Positions 38,280 through 47,894 of a stretch of 64,000 nucleotides of DNA are shown piece after piece; positions within the stretch are counted from its first letter, which is position 1, and every line of letters begins with the position of its first letter. The position numbers and the translations under genes are program-made. The notes beneath the pieces are model-generated. The model saw only the letters and a program-made list of their open reading frames with translations, searched no databases and was not told where the DNA came from. Origin of the DNA: Anaerolineae bacterium (lineage in GTDB: Bacteria; Chloroflexota; Anaerolineae; UBA1429); contig OY776562.1 in the NCBI GenBank assembly GCA_963675785.1, positions 576,001 to 640,000 on the forward strand, read 5' to 3'.

Positions 38280-39467
38280 TTGAAGATAGCCCTTTTTGCT
38301 GAATCCTTTTTGCCAAAATGGGATGGTGTGGCCAACACAACCTGTCATCTTCTAGAATACCTCGCCACGCGCGGACATGAAACGCTCATGTTTGCTCCCA
38401 AGGGCGCTCCTGAATGCTATGCCGAAACCCCAATCATTGGCTACCCTGCTTATAGCTTCCCTTGGTATAAACCTTTGCGTTTGGCACGCCCCGATGTCAG
38501 CATTCGTCACCATCTAAAACGTTTCTCTCCAGACGTTGTGCACCTTATTAACCCCGCTTTTCTGGGCAAAGGTGGCCTCAAATATGCGCACCAGCTCGGT
38601 GTTCCCGTGTTGGCCTCTTATCACACAGATTTTCCCGGATATTGTCAGCTATATGGTATGCAGGCTGCCGAAGGCATCATGTGGAGCTTTTTCCGAAATA
38701 TTCACAATCAGGCTGAGTGGAATGTGGCACCTTCCGATTTTACACGCAACGAACTGTTGGAGCACGGCTTTCAGCGTTTCGGCGTATGGCCCCACGGTGT
38801 TGATGTTGACCTATATACCCCGGCCAATTGGACCTATGAGATGCGTCACCGCCTGACGGATGGACACCCTGAGGGTACGCTTTTGTTGTACGTCGGCCGC
38901 CTTGCCAAAGAAAAACGTCTCGAATGGCTTGGCGAGGTGATGAAAGCTCTACCCGAGGTGCGCTGTGCTCTGGTAGGGGAAGGGCCCGAGAGGCAACATC
39001 TTGAGCAGATGCTGGATCGAGACCGTTGTGTATTTACTGGCTATCTCTCCGGCGCTGAACTGGGTGCGGCTTATGCCTGCGGCGATATCTTTTGTTTCCC
39101 TTCGGCCAATGAAACCTTTGGCAATGTAGTGCTCGAGGCTATGGCTTCAGGATTGCCGGTTGTAGCCCCGCGCTCGGGCGGTCCGGCGAACTTGGTGGAT
39201 CATGGACAAACTGGGCTGTTATGTGAAAAGGATGATCTCCAGGGCTTTGTTAGTCTCGTCCGGCAGCTAGTTCAGAATGACGATTTGTGCCAGCAGATGG
39301 GACATGAGGCGCGCATGCAGACAGAGCTCCAAAGTTGGGACAATGCTAATGATCTCTTGATGCAAGCCTACATCAAGGTTGCAGGGATACGGTTGGTTCC
39401 CTCCAGATCAAGTCAGCCTCTCAATAAACCCGCCTCAGTGTTGAATCTATTCTCTCCGCGTTCTTGA
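38280..39467 (+). CDS. GT4-family glycosyltransferase
   Basis: ESFLP..DGV, SYHT, YVGRLAKEK, ETFGNVVLEAMASG. Confidence 0.9.
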   Translation: MKIALFAESFLPKWDGVANTTCHLLEYLATRGHETLMFAPKGAPECYAETPIIGYPAYSFPWYKPLRLARPDVSIRHHLKRFSPDVVHLINPAFLGKGGLKYAHQLGVPVLASYHTDFPGYCQLYGMQAAEGIMWSFFRNIHNQAEWNVAPSDFTRNELLEHGFQRFGVWPHGVDVDLYTPANWTYEMRHRLTDGHPEGTLLLYVGRLAKEKRLEWLGEVMKALPEVRCALVGEGPERQHLEQMLDRDRCVFTGYLSGAELGAAYACGDIFCFPSANETFGNVVLEAMASGLPVVAPRSGGPANLVDHGQTGLLCEKDDLQGFVSLVRQLVQNDDLCQQMGHEARMQTELQSWDNANDLLMQAYIKVAGIRLVPSRSSQPLNKPASVLNLFSPRS

Positions 39468-39483
39468 CCTGCTCCTTTTGCAG

Positions 39484-39520
39484 ACAGAGGCTTCGCACAG
39501 ATCGCGGGGCCTCTGTTTTT
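39484..39520 (+). terminator. Intrinsic terminator
   Basis: ACAGAGGCTTCGC...GCGGGGCCTCTGT plus T tract. Confidence 0.7.
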
Positions 39521-39606
39521 AGTGACGCTCCCCTACCTGGTTGATAATGCGGGATCGTCTAAATCAACTATGCTGGGTGGCGTCTATCAGCTCTTTTGCC
39601 TATAAT

Positions 39607-39726
39607 TCGTGAAATATTGCACAAATAGGTTGACGTGAGAACAAAAAGATATATACTTCTTTGTGAAAAGAGGCACAAAGTAAAGCTGATTTGAGCTCCG
39701 AGCCAGACTTGTGCCGATATACACAA
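39607..39726 (+). promoter_or_regulatory. adh promoter with three Rex-like operators
   Basis: TTGACG(39630)-N16-TATACT(39652); 18-bp boxes TCGTGAAATATTGCACAA (39607), TTGTGAAAAGAGGCACAA (39661), TTGTGCCGATATACACAA (39709). Confidence 0.75.
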
Positions 39727-39778
39727 AATGGCGACTTGTGAGATGCCTGTTAGTCGCAGATATTAGGGAGGCTCCAAC

Positions 39779-40993
39779 ATGTGGGAATCCAAAGTTGATA
39801 TTTTCCAGGTGCAGGAACTGCGTTGCCGTACGACACTCTATCTGGGTGTCGGTGCAATCGACAAGATGCGCGATATTGTTGTGGATATCAAGAACCGCGG
39901 CATCGACAAAGTTGTGGTTGTTTCCAGCCGCAGCGCCTATATCAAGTGTGGTGCATGGAAAACAATCGAACCCGCTTTGGTCGATAATGGGGTCGAGTAC
40001 GTGCTTTTTAACAAAGTCACACCCAATCCTGATGATACGACGGTGGATGAGGCCGTTGCCCTTGCTCGTGAATTTGGCGCCCAGGCTGTTATAGGCGTAG
40101 GTGGGGGCAGCCCCATTGATGCAGCCAAGAGTGTGGCTATTTTGCTCGAGTATCCTGAAAAGACCTGCAAGGACTTGTATACGTATGCTTTTGCGCCGGA
40201 AAAGGCCGCGCCCGTTGTGGCTGTGAACACGACCCACGGCACAGGCACCGAGGTCGATCGCTTTGCCGTGGTTTCTATTCCCGATCTCGGTTTCAAGCCG
40301 GCCATTGCCTACGATTGCATCTACCCGCTCTATGCCATCGATGATCCCGCGCTCATGTGCGGCCTACCCAAAAACCAGACCCTGTATGTTTCCATTGATG
40401 CCATCAACCATGTGACCGAAGCAGCTACCTCCAAAGTAGCTACGCCCTACACCATTATGCTGGCTAAAGAAACTATTCGCTTGGTTGCTCGTTATTTGCC
40501 GCAGGCCGTGGCGCATCCGGGTGACCTGGTAGCGCGCTATTACTTGTTGTATGCCTCGGCTATTGCTGGCATCGCCTTTGATAATGGCATGCTCCACTTT
40601 ACCCATGCTCTGGAGCATCCTCTCAGCGGCGTCAAGCCGGAGCTGGCCCATGGATTGGGATTGTCGATGCTTTTGCCTTCAGTGGTCGAGACAATCTATG
40701 CCTCCCAGTCTGAAGTATTGGCCGATATTTTTGAGCCGATAGTCGGTTCCTTCAAAGGGGAACCCGGCGAGGCTCGTGAGGTTGCAAGGGCGGTCGAGCG
40801 TTGGTTGTTCGAGATCGGTGTGACTTCCAAGCTAGAGGATGAAGGATACACTGAGGGAGATGTCCCTCGCTTGACGGAATTGGCCCTTGAGACACCCTCT
40901 CTAGGCTTGCTGCTCAGCCTGGCACCCATTGAGGCTGACGCCAAGGTGATCAGCAACATTTATCGTCAGAGCTTGCGCCCGCTCAACGTTTGA
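39779..40993 (+). CDS. adhA: Iron-containing alcohol dehydrogenase (Thermoanaerobacter/Thermococcus AdhA type)
   Basis: MWESK..ELRC N-terminus, GGGSPID, THGTGTE, HALEHPLS..AHG. Confidence 0.9.
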   Translation: MWESKVDIFQVQELRCRTTLYLGVGAIDKMRDIVVDIKNRGIDKVVVVSSRSAYIKCGAWKTIEPALVDNGVEYVLFNKVTPNPDDTTVDEAVALAREFGAQAVIGVGGGSPIDAAKSVAILLEYPEKTCKDLYTYAFAPEKAAPVVAVNTTHGTGTEVDRFAVVSIPDLGFKPAIAYDCIYPLYAIDDPALMCGLPKNQTLYVSIDAINHVTEAATSKVATPYTIMLAKETIRLVARYLPQAVAHPGDLVARYYLLYASAIAGIAFDNGMLHFTHALEHPLSGVKPELAHGLGLSMLLPSVVETIYASQSEVLADIFEPIVGSFKGEPGEAREVARAVERWLFEIGVTSKLEDEGYTEGDVPRLTELALETPSLGLLLSLAPIEADAKVISNIYRQSLRPLNV

Positions 40994-41145
40994 GGACAAG
41001 CCCCTGCCTTAACGCTCTGCGATATCCTGCAAAATGGTTCATGGCGCCATCTTTGCAGGCAATGCGACCGACGTGGGTATTGTGGGATCTCGTGCCGGTC
41101 AAAGCCAATGATATAGTACCTGGTGATAGTTGATAGCTCATTGTG

Positions 41146-41192
41146 AAAGAGAGACACCCGCGTGTGCGCTGCACATGTGGGTGTCTCTCTTT
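41146..41192. terminator. Bidirectional terminator
   Basis: AAAGAGAGACACCC...GGGTGTCTCTCTTT. Confidence 0.7.
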
Positions 41193-41200
41193 GTTTCTCA

Positions 41201-41638
41201 TCAACCGATGAAAAGGTTGATCAGCCAATAGATCAGGACGCCAGAAGTAGCACCAATGATCGGCCCCCAGATGACTTCGAGGATAGTGATGCGTTTATTC
41301 CAATTTTCAATCAGGCCTCTGTTTACCAAACCATAGACACTGATAGCGAGGATGCCCGCAAGAGCGCCACTCAACGCGGCTGCGTCCATCCCGCCGCCTA
41401 GGCTTACTACAATGGCGACCAGGGCCACATAGGCACTAATGACGAACAGTTGGGCAATGATGGCCGGGATCCCCCTCATGCCCTGTTTACCCTCCGATTG
41501 TTGGGGTAGCAAGGGGGCCAGTCCCTGGTCGTAATCTTTCTTAAAGAGAAGCAAGTGCCAGAGCGCGTCTAGCGCGCCAATAGCGACAAAAGCAATGACC
41601 CAGATCAAGAGATATCCAGCCACTATATTCCCCTCCAT
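41201..41638 (-). CDS. DUF2177-like membrane protein
   Basis: LDALW, VYGLVN..IENW..EVIWG; four TM helices. Confidence 0.6.
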   Translation of the reverse strand: MEGNIVAGYLLIWVIAFVAIGALDALWHLLLFKKDYDQGLAPLLPQQSEGKQGMRGIPAIIAQLFVISAYVALVAIVVSLGGGMDAAALSGALAGILAISVYGLVNRGLIENWNKRITILEVIWGPIIGATSGVLIYWLINLFIG

Positions 41639-41743
41639 GATGATGTGGTAGATATGTTATCTATTCTAAACTCAATTTCCTCGTCTGTCACGGATTTTAC
41701 CACAGTGTTGACATTAACCCTGGGGGCCATCTAGAATGAGCTA

Positions 41744-42841
41744 GTGTACATAAAGGAGCAACTCTTGCATAGCTCTGCATGTATTCGCCAAGAATGGGTC
41801 TACTATGCCTGGGGTCTGGTGGTACTTCTTGTTGGCCTGGGCTATACGGCAATGCCGCCTCTCCTCCTCGATGTCATTTTCGTGTTTCATTATCCCCTCT
41901 TGTTCTTTATGGCCGGTTATTTTTGCAGCCCAAACGCTGAGGGAACGCCTCGGGGTATCCGTTCGGCAACAAGGATCGCTGTGATTTTGATTGCCGCTTA
42001 TCTGGCACTTTCTCTGATCAACGCTCTGTTGCTTCAAGCTCTACAGGCCTTGAATTGGTTGGACTGGGATGTGAAGTTGGCCGATTCTCTATGGGGCACA
42101 CTGTATGGAGCTGTCTTCGCCAATGGGTTGGCGCATGCCGAGTCTCTGTGGGTACTTCCAGTGTTGGCTACTACCACGCTTATAGCCAGTTTGATCGAAC
42201 GTCTCGCCTCGGGTGATATGTTGCTGTTGGGCTCTATACTGAGCGGCTTTGCGGCCTGGGGTGTGGCTGCGGCAGGAGTTGGTGTATTGCCCTGGGGGCT
42301 GCACGCTGTGCCTTTGGCCCTTTGCTTCTATCTGCTGGGTCGTTGGTTGATTGCCCGATGCTATTTGCGTTTTAGTTTACGCCCCATGGTGGCCAACCTG
42401 GTGATGTATGCTTTTGCGGGTATCGTCTATCTTATGGCCGATCTGGGCGGACGCATGTCGCCGCAAACGGGGGAATATGGCCTTTCGGTTTTATACCTTT
42501 TGTTTGGCTCTCTGTCTGGCGTGTTGGCGGCCTATTTTCGAGCCATTGCCGTGCTCAAGCTGCGCCCTCTTGCCTGGGTCGGCCAGAGATGGATTCCGCT
42601 CATCGGCCTTAGTTATCTGCCCGTGCGTGCTTTGTCTGACCCCTTTACTCGCCTTTATGAGGCTCTGTCCGTTTCCATCTGGTTGCAGCCCTTTGGTGCC
42701 ATGTTGCAAGCGCTTGTCGCCCTCAGCTTGACCAGTGCTGTACTGCTGCTTTTGGAACGCGTCTCGCCCCGGTTTTCCGATTGGCTTCTGTCTATCAGAC
42801 CGACTTGTCCTATCTTTGTAAAAAGTGAGGAGGCGCCATGA
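41744..42841 (+). CDS. Acyltransferase family 3 (AT3)-like membrane protein, degenerate
   Basis: FHYPLLFFMAGYF, LWVLP, about 10 TM helices. Confidence 0.65.
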   Translation: MYIKEQLLHSSACIRQEWVYYAWGLVVLLVGLGYTAMPPLLLDVIFVFHYPLLFFMAGYFCSPNAEGTPRGIRSATRIAVILIAAYLALSLINALLLQALQALNWLDWDVKLADSLWGTLYGAVFANGLAHAESLWVLPVLATTTLIASLIERLASGDMLLLGSILSGFAAWGVAAAGVGVLPWGLHAVPLALCFYLLGRWLIARCYLRFSLRPMVANLVMYAFAGIVYLMADLGGRMSPQTGEYGLSVLYLLFGSLSGVLAAYFRAIAVLKLRPLAWVGQRWIPLIGLSYLPVRALSDPFTRLYEALSVSIWLQPFGAMLQALVALSLTSAVLLLLERVSPRFSDWLLSIRPTCPIFVKSEEAP

Positions 42842-43800
42842 GTGAATTCCCAAGGCCCCGGCTCTTTATCAGCCGCTGTATCGAGCTCGAACACTGCCGC
42901 TGGAATGGCTTGCGCGTCTCTTCGGATGTGGTCAAGCTCATCAAGCCCTATGTGGATGTGGTCACTACTTGCCCAGAGGTAGAAATTGGCCTCGGGGTAC
43001 CACGTGACCCCATCCACCTGGAGATGATCGATCGGAGGGTGCGGCTGATACAACCTGCTACAGGTAAAGATCTCACCGAGGTTATGGATGATTTTGCCGC
43101 GAGCTATGCAGTCGAATTGGGCGATGTTGATGGCGCCATTCTCAAGAATCGCTCGCCGTCGTGTGGTCTGTCTGGCATCAAGATTCATGCGCCGGGTAGC
43201 AAGGAGAGCATTTCTACAAAAGGAATAGGACGGTTTGCCGCCATCCTGTCCGAGCACTATCCGAGGATTCCTTTTGAAGATGAGGGGCGGCTAACCAACT
43301 ATACCATCCGCGAACATTTTCTAACGCAAGTGTTCGCTCGGGCCAGATGGCGAGAGGTTCATCAGATTGGCACTATGGGTGCCCTGGTCGACTTTCAGGC
43401 CAGGAATAAAATGCTGCTGCTGGCCCACAGCGAGATAGAGATGCGCCAGTTGGGCAGTATTGTGGCCAATCATGACCATCTGAATGTAGCGGAGGCCTAT
43501 GCTGCTTATGAGGAGCACTTTTATAATGCTTTGGCGCAGGTGCCGCGTCCTACTGCAACTGTCAATGTGTTGATGCATGCTCTGGGCTATTTTGATTTGA
43601 ATGCAACTGAAAAGGGCTACTTTTTGGAGTGTCTCGATGACTATCGCAGCGGTCAACTCCCTTTGAGCGTCCCGCAGGCCATTATTCACATCTGGAGCAT
43701 TCGATTTCAGGTTGACTATCTTCTGCAGCAAACTTTTTTCGCACCCTATCCCGAAGATCTCGTGCAGATCACCGACTCGGGCAAGGGACGGTCATTTTAG
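42838..43800 (+). CDS. DUF523-DUF1722 (YbbK/YbgA, thiouracil-desulfurase-like) protein
   Basis: SRC..RWNG, CPEVEIGLGVPR, KNRSPSCG, EDEGRL, NVLMHALGYF, YLLQQTFFAPYP. Confidence 0.88.
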   Translation: MSEFPRPRLFISRCIELEHCRWNGLRVSSDVVKLIKPYVDVVTTCPEVEIGLGVPRDPIHLEMIDRRVRLIQPATGKDLTEVMDDFAASYAVELGDVDGAILKNRSPSCGLSGIKIHAPGSKESISTKGIGRFAAILSEHYPRIPFEDEGRLTNYTIREHFLTQVFARARWREVHQIGTMGALVDFQARNKMLLLAHSEIEMRQLGSIVANHDHLNVAEAYAAYEEHFYNALAQVPRPTATVNVLMHALGYFDLNATEKGYFLECLDDYRSGQLPLSVPQAIIHIWSIRFQVDYLLQQTFFAPYPEDLVQITDSGKGRSF

Positions 43801-43819
43801 CCTGGAGGAGAAAGAGTCT

Positions 43820-44710
43820 ATGCGCATCGTCAGTGATTGCAGCGTCGATTTGGATGCATCTATTATCAAAGAGCTGGAGATAGAATTGGTTCCTTTGACG
43901 ACAATGTTGGAAGGGGTTTCTTATCGAAGCGACGAGAATATCGATTTGGATTGGTTCTACACGCGTATCATCGAGAGTGGACAGGTTCCCAAGACGAGCC
44001 AGCCCTCTCCTGCTTTGTTTGCTTCTGCCTATGAGCGCATTGCTCAAGAAGACCCTGAGATTCTCTCGCTGCACGTTTCTTCGGGATTGTCGGGCACAAT
44101 CAATTCTGCCCGCATCGGCGCTGAGAATGTGCCCGATGCAAATATTACCGTGTACGACACCAGAACACTTTCTCTGGGAGTGGGTTGGCAGGTAGAGGCT
44201 GCTGCACAAGCCGTTCGTGCGGGGTGGTCTTATGCAGAGATCATGCGTCTGGTGAGCCGTGTTGGCGAGGCAACGCGGGTGCTCTGTCTTTTGGGGGATC
44301 TCAAGTATTTGAGCATGGGAGGGCGATTGGGGAATCTGCCTGGCCTCATTGCTTCCGTCCTGCACATAAGGCCGACAATTGGTGTAGATCTGTCCACTGG
44401 CAAGTTCGCTCTAAAGCGCATATCCCGGACCATTGCCCATGCCATTGAGGCCGTGCCTGATATTATTCGGGAGGATTACGCTCCTGATATCTGCCTGCGT
44501 GTGCAGACCCTGCATACCATGTATCCGCAAGGGGCCAGGCAGCTCCTCGAGAAGGTCAAAGCCGAATTCAACTGTAATTGCCTGTCCATTGGTCGCATGG
44601 GGCTGGTGCTGGGTTCGCATGCCGGGCCGGTTGCCTTTGGCATCGCCTATGCTCCACAGAGCATCTGGGATGACCTGCCGTGGGAAAAACCTTTCTGTAA
44701 GGAGGAGTGA
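43820..44710 (+). CDS. DegV-family fatty-acid-binding protein
   Basis: IVSDCSVDL, KTSQPS, SSGLSGT, LSMGGR, HAGP. Confidence 0.9.
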   Translation: MRIVSDCSVDLDASIIKELEIELVPLTTMLEGVSYRSDENIDLDWFYTRIIESGQVPKTSQPSPALFASAYERIAQEDPEILSLHVSSGLSGTINSARIGAENVPDANITVYDTRTLSLGVGWQVEAAAQAVRAGWSYAEIMRLVSRVGEATRVLCLLGDLKYLSMGGRLGNLPGLIASVLHIRPTIGVDLSTGKFALKRISRTIAHAIEAVPDIIREDYAPDICLRVQTLHTMYPQGARQLLEKVKAEFNCNCLSIGRMGLVLGSHAGPVAFGIAYAPQSIWDDLPWEKPFCKEE

Positions 44711-44712
44711 CG

Positions 44713-45501
44713 ATGAGTTTCTTGAGTATGTGGCTAATCGGTCTGGCTGTGGCTCTGGGGGGCATGATTCTGCTGTGGCTTGTGAGCCTGCCCCTCAAGA
44801 ATTCATCTATTGTCGACATCTATTGGGGCCCCGGCTTTTTAGTTTTGGCACTGGTATACAACACCCTTTCCCAAGGGTTTACGGCGCGGCGTATCATTCT
44901 GCTTGTGCTCGTTGCGATCTGGTCCTTGCGGTTAGGTGTCCATATCCTGCTTCGCAACAAAGGCAAGGGTGAGGACCCTCGTTATGCGGCCTGGCGCCAA
45001 GAGGCGGGCGAAAGTTGGTGGTGGAAAAGCCTGTTCCGCGTGTTTATTCTTCAGGGGTTCTTGCAGTGGATTATCAGCTTGCCTTTGTTGGCTGCTCAAT
45101 TCGGCCCGGTGCGTGATTCCCTGTCGGTGTTGGATGTGTTGGGTGTCGTCGTCTGGTTGATTGGTTTTGCCTTTGAGGCTGGGGGAGACATACAGTTGAC
45201 CCGTTTCAAGGCAGATGTTAGCAACAAGGGCAAGGTACTTCGAACAGGCTTTTGGAAGTACACGCGCCATCCCAACTATTTCGGCGATTCTGCACAGTGG
45301 TGGGGTTATTATCTCTTTGCCCTAGCCACACCGGGCGGTTGGTGGACGATCATTAGCCCCATTGTAATGACCTTCTTTTTGCTGCGTGTCTCTGGTGTGG
45401 TCATGTTGGAAAAGAGTCTCAAAGAGACCAAGCCTCAATATGCAGATTATATCAAATCGACGCCAGCGTTTTTTCCATGGTTTCCGAAAAAACGCCAATA
45501 G
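44713..45501 (+). CDS. DUF1295 (steroid 5-alpha-reductase-like) membrane protein
   Basis: NSSIVDIYWG, EDPRY, DIQLTRFK, YTRHPNYFG. Confidence 0.88.
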   Translation: MSFLSMWLIGLAVALGGMILLWLVSLPLKNSSIVDIYWGPGFLVLALVYNTLSQGFTARRIILLVLVAIWSLRLGVHILLRNKGKGEDPRYAAWRQEAGESWWWKSLFRVFILQGFLQWIISLPLLAAQFGPVRDSLSVLDVLGVVVWLIGFAFEAGGDIQLTRFKADVSNKGKVLRTGFWKYTRHPNYFGDSAQWWGYYLFALATPGGWWTIISPIVMTFFLLRVSGVVMLEKSLKETKPQYADYIKSTPAFFPWFPKKRQ

Positions 45502-45533
45502 CCAAGTCAGACGATCAGTGGGCTACATAAAGC

Positions 45534-45563
45534 GAGCCGTACAGGAATATTCCTGTACGGCTC
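45534..45563. terminator. Perfect 30-bp palindrome between convergent genes
   Basis: GAGCCGTACAGGAATATTCCTGTACGGCTC. Confidence 0.6.
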
Positions 45564-45587
45564 TGCTATAGGGAGGAATTTGTCTAT

Positions 45588-47597
45588 TTAGCGTCGGCCC
45601 TGGCCACCCATACCGGGTTGAGTCATGCCTGTTCCGCTGGTGCTTACGCCACCTCCAGACAAATAGGTGACGATACTGCTGATTGTAAAGCTGCTGATTT
45701 CGGTGCCATCCTCATAGCTGCCATCGGTATAATAGCCATCTGCTGATGTACCCGAGATCGAGCCGCCTGTGTAAAAGGTGTATTCTTCGCCCAGTGAAAT
45801 ATCCGGCGTCGAGATCAGGATCGACTGGAATGTTTTGCTCGGTGTAAAGGTAAGAATGTCTGTGCCATCATTGCTTTCCAGTCGAATGACCGTACCCGCC
45901 TGCTGCGATCCAGAGAATGTTGCCATCACCGAATATTGAGTGGAAGAGCTAGAAGGTGCCTGAGCCATGCCCGAGCTGCCTGCGGCCACAAAAATGCCAC
46001 CCGTGATTTCGAATACGCCGGTATAGTCCAGAGGACCATTACCGTTATCAGTCGGGCCGTTAACCAGTACAGTGCCGCCTGTTACGTAAAGCGAACCGTT
46101 CGAATCAATGCCATCGCCTGCGGCGTCCACGTACAAATAGCCACCGTTGATCTCGATAGAATAATTGCCACCGGCGGAAAAACTTCCCTGGCCTGGCCGG
46201 CCACCCAGTGCTGAACTGTCACTGCCTCCGGCCGCGTTCAAGCCGTCGTCACTTGCAACGACCCAGAGTGTGCCATCATTGATAATGATGGAGGCGCTTT
46301 CCAGCCCCTCGTAGCTTTGCGTAATGTTGATAGTACCATTGTTGATGGTCAATAGCGTGTCGGCGTGCATACCATCATCACCAGAGGAAATATCCAAGCT
46401 ACCGCCGTTAATGGTGATGCTATTGTTCGAGTGAATGGCGTCGTCTGAAGAATCGATAGTAAAGGTGCCGCCATCAATGACGACTTCATTCGTCGCTTTG
46501 AGAGCTTTGGCTGTCTGTTCAGTGCCATCATCGCTCGTCGAACTTGACCACATGCCCCAGATGCCGCCCTGGCTGCTTCCATAGCTAGCATTGGCGCTTC
46601 CGCCGCCTGTTATAATGGAGAACTCGCCACCGCTGATGTAAAGCGTGGTTTCTGCTTGGATGCCATCTGCACTCGCGGTGATATTGAATACGCCACCGCT
46701 GATGCTGATATAGCCTTTGGTTGTATCGGTATCGTTGGTAGACTTGATACCATCACCTTCTGCTATGATGGTGATATTCCCGTCGAGGATAACTACAGAA
46801 TCTTTGCCCATCAGGCCATCGTCTGCGGCCGTAATGATGAGTGTGCCTCCGGCAATGTACAAGTCGTCCTTGCTGGTGATGCCGTTGTTATAGTTGGCCG
46901 TTACTTGCAATGTGCCATTGCCGTTAATGGTGAGGTCATCTTTACTAAAAATGGTTGCGTTTGGCTCGTCCGTTGTTGCATCTGCAAACACGTATTCGCT
47001 ACCGTCTTCTACGGTGTTCTCAGTGCCCTCTGCCAGTGTCAGAACTACCTTATCGGCATTTTCAACATAGATAGGCGCGCTGGTGGAGCAATAGATATCC
47101 ACGCCATTGAGCACGAGACGTACGGTATCATCATCTTGTGTATCGACGATGATCTGACCATCATCCAGGGTGCCGTTAATGGCGTAGGTGCCAGATGAGG
47201 TGATAGTGACCGTGCTGCCGTTGACAGAAACACCGTTGCCGTTAACAGAGATGCTATCGCCATCCAAAGTGATGATCGCGTCGGCCTGGCCATCCCAGCT
47301 ACTATCCAAATCTTCACTGTCGAGCAGATCTGAATTCAAAGAACTAACGTTGACGGTCTCACCAGTTTGTGTGTTATCTGCTTCCGGTGTATCAGAAGTT
47401 GTGGTCGGCTGAGAAGTAACTGTTTCCGCAGATGAACTTGACGTTGCTGTAGCGCCTGAGGTGCTGGCCGTTGTACTCGTCGCTGTTGCAACGGGCGTAC
47501 TCGTCAAACCTGTAATAGTTTGTGTTCCACCACAAGCACTGAACAAAAATAGCGATAGAATCGCCAGGATGATGACATATAATTTGGAATGTTTCAT
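45588..47597 (-). CDS. Carbohydrate-binding beta-helix lipoprotein (DUF4353/Cthe_2159-like)
   Basis: Lipobox FSAC, Ser/Thr linker, repeated DG(I/L) coils, SKDDL, DGIDSNG. Confidence 0.88.
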   Translation of the reverse strand: MKHSKLYVIILAILSLFLFSACGGTQTITGLTSTPVATATSTTASTSGATATSSSSAETVTSQPTTTSDTPEADNTQTGETVNVSSLNSDLLDSEDLDSSWDGQADAIITLDGDSISVNGNGVSVNGSTVTITSSGTYAINGTLDDGQIIVDTQDDDTVRLVLNGVDIYCSTSAPIYVENADKVVLTLAEGTENTVEDGSEYVFADATTDEPNATIFSKDDLTINGNGTLQVTANYNNGITSKDDLYIAGGTLIITAADDGLMGKDSVVILDGNITIIAEGDGIKSTNDTDTTKGYISISGGVFNITASADGIQAETTLYISGGEFSIITGGGSANASYGSSQGGIWGMWSSSTSDDGTEQTAKALKATNEVVIDGGTFTIDSSDDAIHSNNSITINGGSLDISSGDDGMHADTLLTINNGTINITQSYEGLESASIIINDGTLWVVASDDGLNAAGGSDSSALGGRPGQGSFSAGGNYSIEINGGYLYVDAAGDGIDSNGSLYVTGGTVLVNGPTDNGNGPLDYTGVFEITGGIFVAAGSSGMAQAPSSSSTQYSVMATFSGSQQAGTVIRLESNDGTDILTFTPSKTFQSILISTPDISLGEEYTFYTGGSISGTSADGYYTDGSYEDGTEISSFTISSIVTYLSGGGVSTSGTGMTQPGMGGQGRR

Positions 47598-47709
47598 GAT
47601 CTCTCCCCTGCTTGATAGTTCTTTTTTGCAGCTTTTGCTTCAAAGAACATCCTACTTGACCTGCTTGGAATCTGCTCCCTAGACGTTTGATAGCATCCTT
47701 CAAGTCAAT

Positions 47710-47764
47710 ATCATAGCGGGTTTGTAAAGAGTTTCGGTTAACATGTTTTTAAGATTCCATCAAG
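47710..47764 (-). promoter_or_regulatory. -10 box plus 11-bp phased direct repeats
   Basis: TATGAT on the minus strand at 47710-15; TTAAC/TTAAG/TCAAG at 47738, 47749, 47760. Confidence 0.5.
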
Positions 47765-47824
47765 TTTTTGAGGAGCATGGATACAATGGAATTACTTTAC
47801 TACAATAAAGATATTTAAATAGAT

Positions 47825-47866
47825 AAAACTGCAAGGTCTGCCACACCGGCAGACCTTGCAGTTTTT
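47825..47866. terminator. Terminator
   Basis: AAAACTGCAAGGTCTGCC-ACACC-GGCAGACCTTGCAGTTTT. Confidence 0.8.
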
Positions 47867-47894
47867 ACAGAGATAGAAGTAGGGAGAGCTAGTG

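Noticed and set aside
40994-41200. Possible sRNA or small ORF after adhA
   Set aside because: Only a terminator hairpin is recognisable; the short ORFs lack an RBS and motifs
45588-47597. Repetitive Gly/Asp/Thr sequence as an RTX toxin or ice-binding protein
   Set aside because: The repeats match DUF4353 beta-helix coils, not GGxGxD nonapeptides
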